Source: an uncultured delta proteobacterium
GTDB lineage: Bacteria; Myxococcota; Myxococcia; Myxococcales; Myxococcaceae
Direction of reading: 5' to 3'
NCBI GenBank assembly: GCA_963776345.1
Contig: CAVZMH010000001.1
Coordinates: forward strand, 32,001-96,000
DNA length: 64,000 nt
Shown: in pieces, positions 60,551 through 64,000 of the stretch
Numbering within the stretch: the first letter of the stretch is position 1
Layout of the letters: the number at the start of each line of letters is the position of its first letter
Program-made: the position numbers and the translations under genes
The notes under the pieces: model-generated
Databases searched by the model: none
Seen by the model: the letters and a program-made list of their open reading frames with translations, nothing else
Told to the model about the DNA's origin: nothing

Positions 60551-62440
60551 ATGTCCAGTCCTGGTGAACCCGCGCCCCAGCGGTGGCCCGGCGCGAAGCT
60601 CGCCATCGCCGCGCTGGGCATCGTCTTCGGCGACATCGGGACCAGCCCGCTCTACGCGATGCGGGAGTGCTTCGGGGAGCACGGCGTCACGCCCACCACG
60701 GAGAACGTGCTCGGGGTGCTGTCGCTGATGCTCTGGTCGCTCACCCTGGTGGTGGCGGTGAAGTACCTCGGCTTCATCATGCGGGCCGACAACCAGGGCG
60801 AGGGCGGCATCTTCGCCCTCCTGGCGCTCATCCCCCGGGCCGAGACCCGCTGGGAGATCCGGCAGCGCACCGCGGTGGTGCTGCTGGCGCTCTTCGGGGC
60901 CGCGCTCCTCTACGGGGACGGGGTCATCACCCCGGCCATCTCGGTGCTCTCGGCGGTGGAGGGACTCAGCATCGCCACCAGCGCCGCCGAGCCGCTGGTG
61001 GTTCCCATCACCTGCGTCATCCTCGGGCTGCTCTTCCTCGTCCAGCGCCGCGGCACGGCCCGCATCGGCGGCATCTTCGGCCCGGTGATGCTCCTGTGGT
61101 TCCTCTTCATCGCGGTGGCCGGGCTGGTCCAGATCGTCTCCACCCCGGGGGTGCTGGCGGCGGTCAATCCCTGGCACGCGGTGCGGTTCTTCCGGGCCAA
61201 CGGGTTCCGCGGCTTCGAGGTGCTGGGCGCCGCCGTGCTGGCCATCACCGGTGGCGAGGCGCTCTACGCCGACATGGGGCACTTCGGGCGGCACCCCATC
61301 CGGATGAGCTGGTTCAGCGTGGTGTTCCCGGCGCTGCTCCTCAACTACTGCGGCCAGGGGGCTTTGCTCTTGTCCGACACCGCGGCCCGGGCCAACCCCT
61401 TCTACGCGCTGGTCCCCCGGCCGCTGCTGGTCCCGTCGGTGGTCCTGGCCACCCTCGCCACCATCATCGCCAGCCAGGCGCTCATCTCCGGCGCGTTCTC
61501 GCTCACCCGCCAGGCGGTGCAGCTGGGTTACGTCCCACGGCTGAACATCGTCCACACCAGCCGGGAGAACGAGGGGCAGATCTACCTGCCGGCGGTGAAC
61601 CAGGCCCTGATGGTGGCCTGCATCGCGCTGGTGCTCGGGTTCGAGAAGTCGAGCCGGATGGCGGCCGCCTACGGCATCGCGGTCACCGGGACGATGCTCA
61701 TCACCACCCTGGTCTTCTTCTTCATCATCGTGAACGCCTGGCGCTGGCCGCTGTGGAAGGCGCTGTCGGTGACCTTGCTCTTCCTCTGCATCGACATCCC
61801 GTACTTCACCGCCAACCTCATCAAGTTCGTCCAGGGCGGGTGGTTCCCGGTGCTGGTGGCCATCGCGGTCTTCGCCTGCTTCACCACCTGGAAGCGCGGC
61901 CGGGCCGAGCTGGCCGAGCGCTTCGCCGCGAGCGCCCTCAGCGTGGACGAGCTGCTCGCCGACCTGGCCCGGAGCCCGGTCACCCGGGTGCGGGGAACGG
62001 CGGTGTTCCTCAGCTCATCGACCACGCTGGTCTCGCCGGTGCTGCTCCACCACCTGAAGCACAACCAGGTGCTGCACGCGCAGGTGCTGCTGCTCTCCGT
62101 GCTCCCCCTGAACGTGCCCGAGGTCCCCCCCGAGCAACGGGTCTCGGTGGAGCCGCTCCCCCTCGGCTTCTTCCGGGTCACGGCCAAGTATGGGTACCGC
62201 CAGAGCCCCCGGGTGCCGGAGATCCTCCGCCGGGCGCGCTCCCTGGGGCTCCTGACCAAGCCCGAGACCACAAGTTTCTACGTGGGGCGTGAGACCGTGC
62301 TGCCCCGCGGACGGAGCCACATGGCCTACTGGCGGAAGGTGCTGTTCCGGGTCATCTCCCGGAACGCCCGGGCCACCACGGACTACTTCTCCATCCCCCC
62401 GGGCCGGGTGGTGGAGCTGGGGATGCAGATCGACCTCTGA
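60551..62440 (+). CDS. kup: Potassium uptake transporter Kup
   Basis: GDIGTSPLY, DNQGEGG, GDGVITPAISVLSA, EALYADMGHF, GQIY, VVELG. Confidence 0.96.
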   Translation: MSSPGEPAPQRWPGAKLAIAALGIVFGDIGTSPLYAMRECFGEHGVTPTTENVLGVLSLMLWSLTLVVAVKYLGFIMRADNQGEGGIFALLALIPRAETRWEIRQRTAVVLLALFGAALLYGDGVITPAISVLSAVEGLSIATSAAEPLVVPITCVILGLLFLVQRRGTARIGGIFGPVMLLWFLFIAVAGLVQIVSTPGVLAAVNPWHAVRFFRANGFRGFEVLGAAVLAITGGEALYADMGHFGRHPIRMSWFSVVFPALLLNYCGQGALLLSDTAARANPFYALVPRPLLVPSVVLATLATIIASQALISGAFSLTRQAVQLGYVPRLNIVHTSRENEGQIYLPAVNQALMVACIALVLGFEKSSRMAAAYGIAVTGTMLITTLVFFFIIVNAWRWPLWKALSVTLLFLCIDIPYFTANLIKFVQGGWFPVLVAIAVFACFTTWKRGRAELAERFAASALSVDELLADLARSPVTRVRGTAVFLSSSTTLVSPVLLHHLKHNQVLHAQVLLLSVLPLNVPEVPPEQRVSVEPLPLGFFRVTAKYGYRQSPRVPEILRRARSLGLLTKPETTSFYVGRETVLPRGRSHMAYWRKVLFRVISRNARATTDYFSIPPGRVVELGMQIDL

Positions 62441-62473
62441 GGTGTGGCATGTTCCGGGGCCGAGGTGCGGACC

Positions 62474-63271
62474 ATGCTCCCTGTTGCGTGCTGGATGCTG
62501 CCGGCGCTGGCGCTCGCGGCGAACACGCCAGGGCGTTCTCCCGCCGAGGAGCTGGAGGCGGAGCTCGCGAAACAGGTCAAGATCCCCGAGCCCGAGCTGG
62601 TGGTGGTCACCGACGGCCCGGACCCGGCCCGGTTCGACCTGGTCGAGGGCACGGTGGAGCTCGACGGCCGGGCGCTCCCCGGCCCGGTGGAGCCGGGGTG
62701 GGGGAAGCCGTTCTTCCGGGGTCCGGTGGTCCCTGGAAACCATGTGCTCACCGCCCAGTTCACGTACCGGGGCTCCCGGACGGGCGCGTACCCGTGGAGC
62801 GGCTCGTTCGTCTACCGCGTGCCGGGGAAGGTCGAGTTCCAGGCCCAGCGGGGGCTCCGGCTGGTGGTGCACCTCCGGGTCGAGGAGCACCTGGACCAGG
62901 AGGAGTCGCGCAACCGGCTGGCGTTCCGGGCTGCGCTCGAGACGGAGATGACCGCCACGGTGGACGACGCGCCGATGCCGCCGCCTCCCCCCAAGGTCCT
63001 GACGCCGGAGGAGCTGTTCAAGCCGGAGCTCGCCCCGTCCCTGACCTCGGTCCCGGAGACGGCCCCGCCGGCGAAGACCAAGAAGAAGGCGCCGAAGAAG
63101 AAGAAGACCACCGTCGCCGCGGGAGCCTCGCTCGACGCGGCCACGGCGCGGCTGCAGAAGGCCATCGCCACCCCGGCCCCTGCACCGCCCCCGAAGACGG
63201 GCAAGACGGGCTCGAGCGGCAAGAGCTCGCGCTCGAAGGGGCTGCCGGACGCCGGGCCGCTCCAGGACTGA
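62474..63271 (+). CDS. Hypothetical exported protein with Pro/Lys-rich tail
   Basis: Signal-like N-terminus ending ALA, beta-rich domain, SD GAGG; no family recognised. Confidence 0.7.
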   Translation: MLPVACWMLPALALAANTPGRSPAEELEAELAKQVKIPEPELVVVTDGPDPARFDLVEGTVELDGRALPGPVEPGWGKPFFRGPVVPGNHVLTAQFTYRGSRTGAYPWSGSFVYRVPGKVEFQAQRGLRLVVHLRVEEHLDQEESRNRLAFRAALETEMTATVDDAPMPPPPPKVLTPEELFKPELAPSLTSVPETAPPAKTKKKAPKKKKTTVAAGASLDAATARLQKAIATPAPAPPPKTGKTGSSGKSSRSKGLPDAGPLQD

Positions 63272-63279
63272 GACGAGAA

Positions 63280-63311
63280 AGGGCGCCGCCGGATGTGCTC
63301 CGGGGCGCCCT
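63280..63311 (-). terminator. Hairpin between convergent genes, probable fusA terminator
   Basis: AGGGCGCC(G)CCGGA / TCCGGGGCGCCCT stem followed by a short T tract on the minus strand. Confidence 0.55.
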
Positions 63312-63340
63312 CGGGTCCTTCGACGATGCGAGGCGGGTGA

Positions 63341-64000
63341 CTACCGCCGCTCGGCGGCCAGCTTCTCGCGGTAGGCCTTCATCATCTCCTCCTGCTCCAT
63401 CCGCGGCACCGGGGCGTACTTCGCGAACTCCATGGTGAACTCGCCCTTGCCCTGGGTCGCGGAGCGGAGGTCGGTGCTGTAGCCGAACATCGAGTTCAGC
63501 GGCACCTCGGCCACCGCCACCACGTAGCCCTCGCGGTTCTCGGTGCTGAGGATGGTCCCGCGGCGCTGGTTCAGCTGGCCCACGACCGAGCCCTGGAAGT
63601 CCTCGGGCGCCTGCACCTCGACCTTCATGATCGGCTCGAGGATGGTCGGCTTGGCGGCCTCGTACCCCTCGCGGAAGCCCATGATCGCCGCGGTCTTGAA
63701 CGCCTGCTCGGAGCTGTCCACCGCGTGGCTCGCCCCGTCGTTGATCACCGCCCGCACGCCCACCACCGGGAACCCGATCAGCGAGCCCTTCTTCATCGCT
63801 TCGCGGAAACCCTTGTCCACCGCGGAGATGAACTCCCGGGGGATGGCACCACCGGCGATGTCGTCCACGAACTCGTAGGTCTCCACCGCGTCCGCCGGGA
63901 GCGCCTCGAGGTACCCGCAGACGCGCCCGAACTGACCCGAGCCCCCGGTCTGCTTCTTGTGGGTGTAGGCGAAGTCGCCGCGCTGGGTGATGGTCTCGCG
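63341..64000 (-). CDS. fusA: Elongation factor G, C-terminal part (truncated by window edge)
   Basis: THKKQTGGSGQFG, GAIPREFI, HAVDSS, LEPIMKVEV, MFGYSTDLRSATQG. Confidence 0.95.
   Translation of the reverse strand, partial: RETITQRGDFAYTHKKQTGGSGQFGRVCGYLEALPADAVETYEFVDDIAGGAIPREFISAVDKGFREAMKKGSLIGFPVVGVRAVINDGASHAVDSSEQAFKTAAIMGFREGYEAAKPTILEPIMKVEVQAPEDFQGSVVGQLNQRRGTILSTENREGYVVAVAEVPLNSMFGYSTDLRSATQGKGEFTMEFAKYAPVPRMEQEEMMKAYREKLAAERR

Overview
Very GC-rich bacterial chromosomal DNA, most likely a myxobacterium (Myxococcota). This is inferred from the Ser/Thr kinase plus FHA-sigma54 activator, the GYF/J/PilZ protein, the double-length UvrA and the EF-G paralogue type. About 52 densely packed genes: RND efflux, SorAB-like sulfite dehydrogenase, UvrA, LemA/TPM, MoxR-vWA, SerB, osmoprotectant ABC transporter, RmuC, a CrtI-family gene, a beta-oxidation/lipase/FadL cluster, Kup and a fusA 3' end. 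I found no tRNA, rRNA, CRISPR array, prophage or transposase. The best candidate for an undescribed system is 19445-22903: a membrane Ser/Thr kinase, an FHA-sigma54 enhancer-binding protein, an array of GGTGCAAC repeats, a correctly spaced -24/-12 promoter, and an ORF-less ~84 nt unit ending in a terminator with an anti-Shine-Dalgarno-like loop. This looks like a kinase-driven sRNA cassette organised like the Myxococcus Pxr locus. Other highlights: a shared 16-bp operator-like motif upstream of both lipid catabolism operons, a J-domain/Zn-ribbon protein with a ubiquitin-like C-terminus, and a REP-like repeat in two copies. Two genes each carry two +1 frameshifts, possibly sequencing errors, so the kinase-activator fusion needs checking against reads. 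All calls come from reading motifs by eye; no searches were run.
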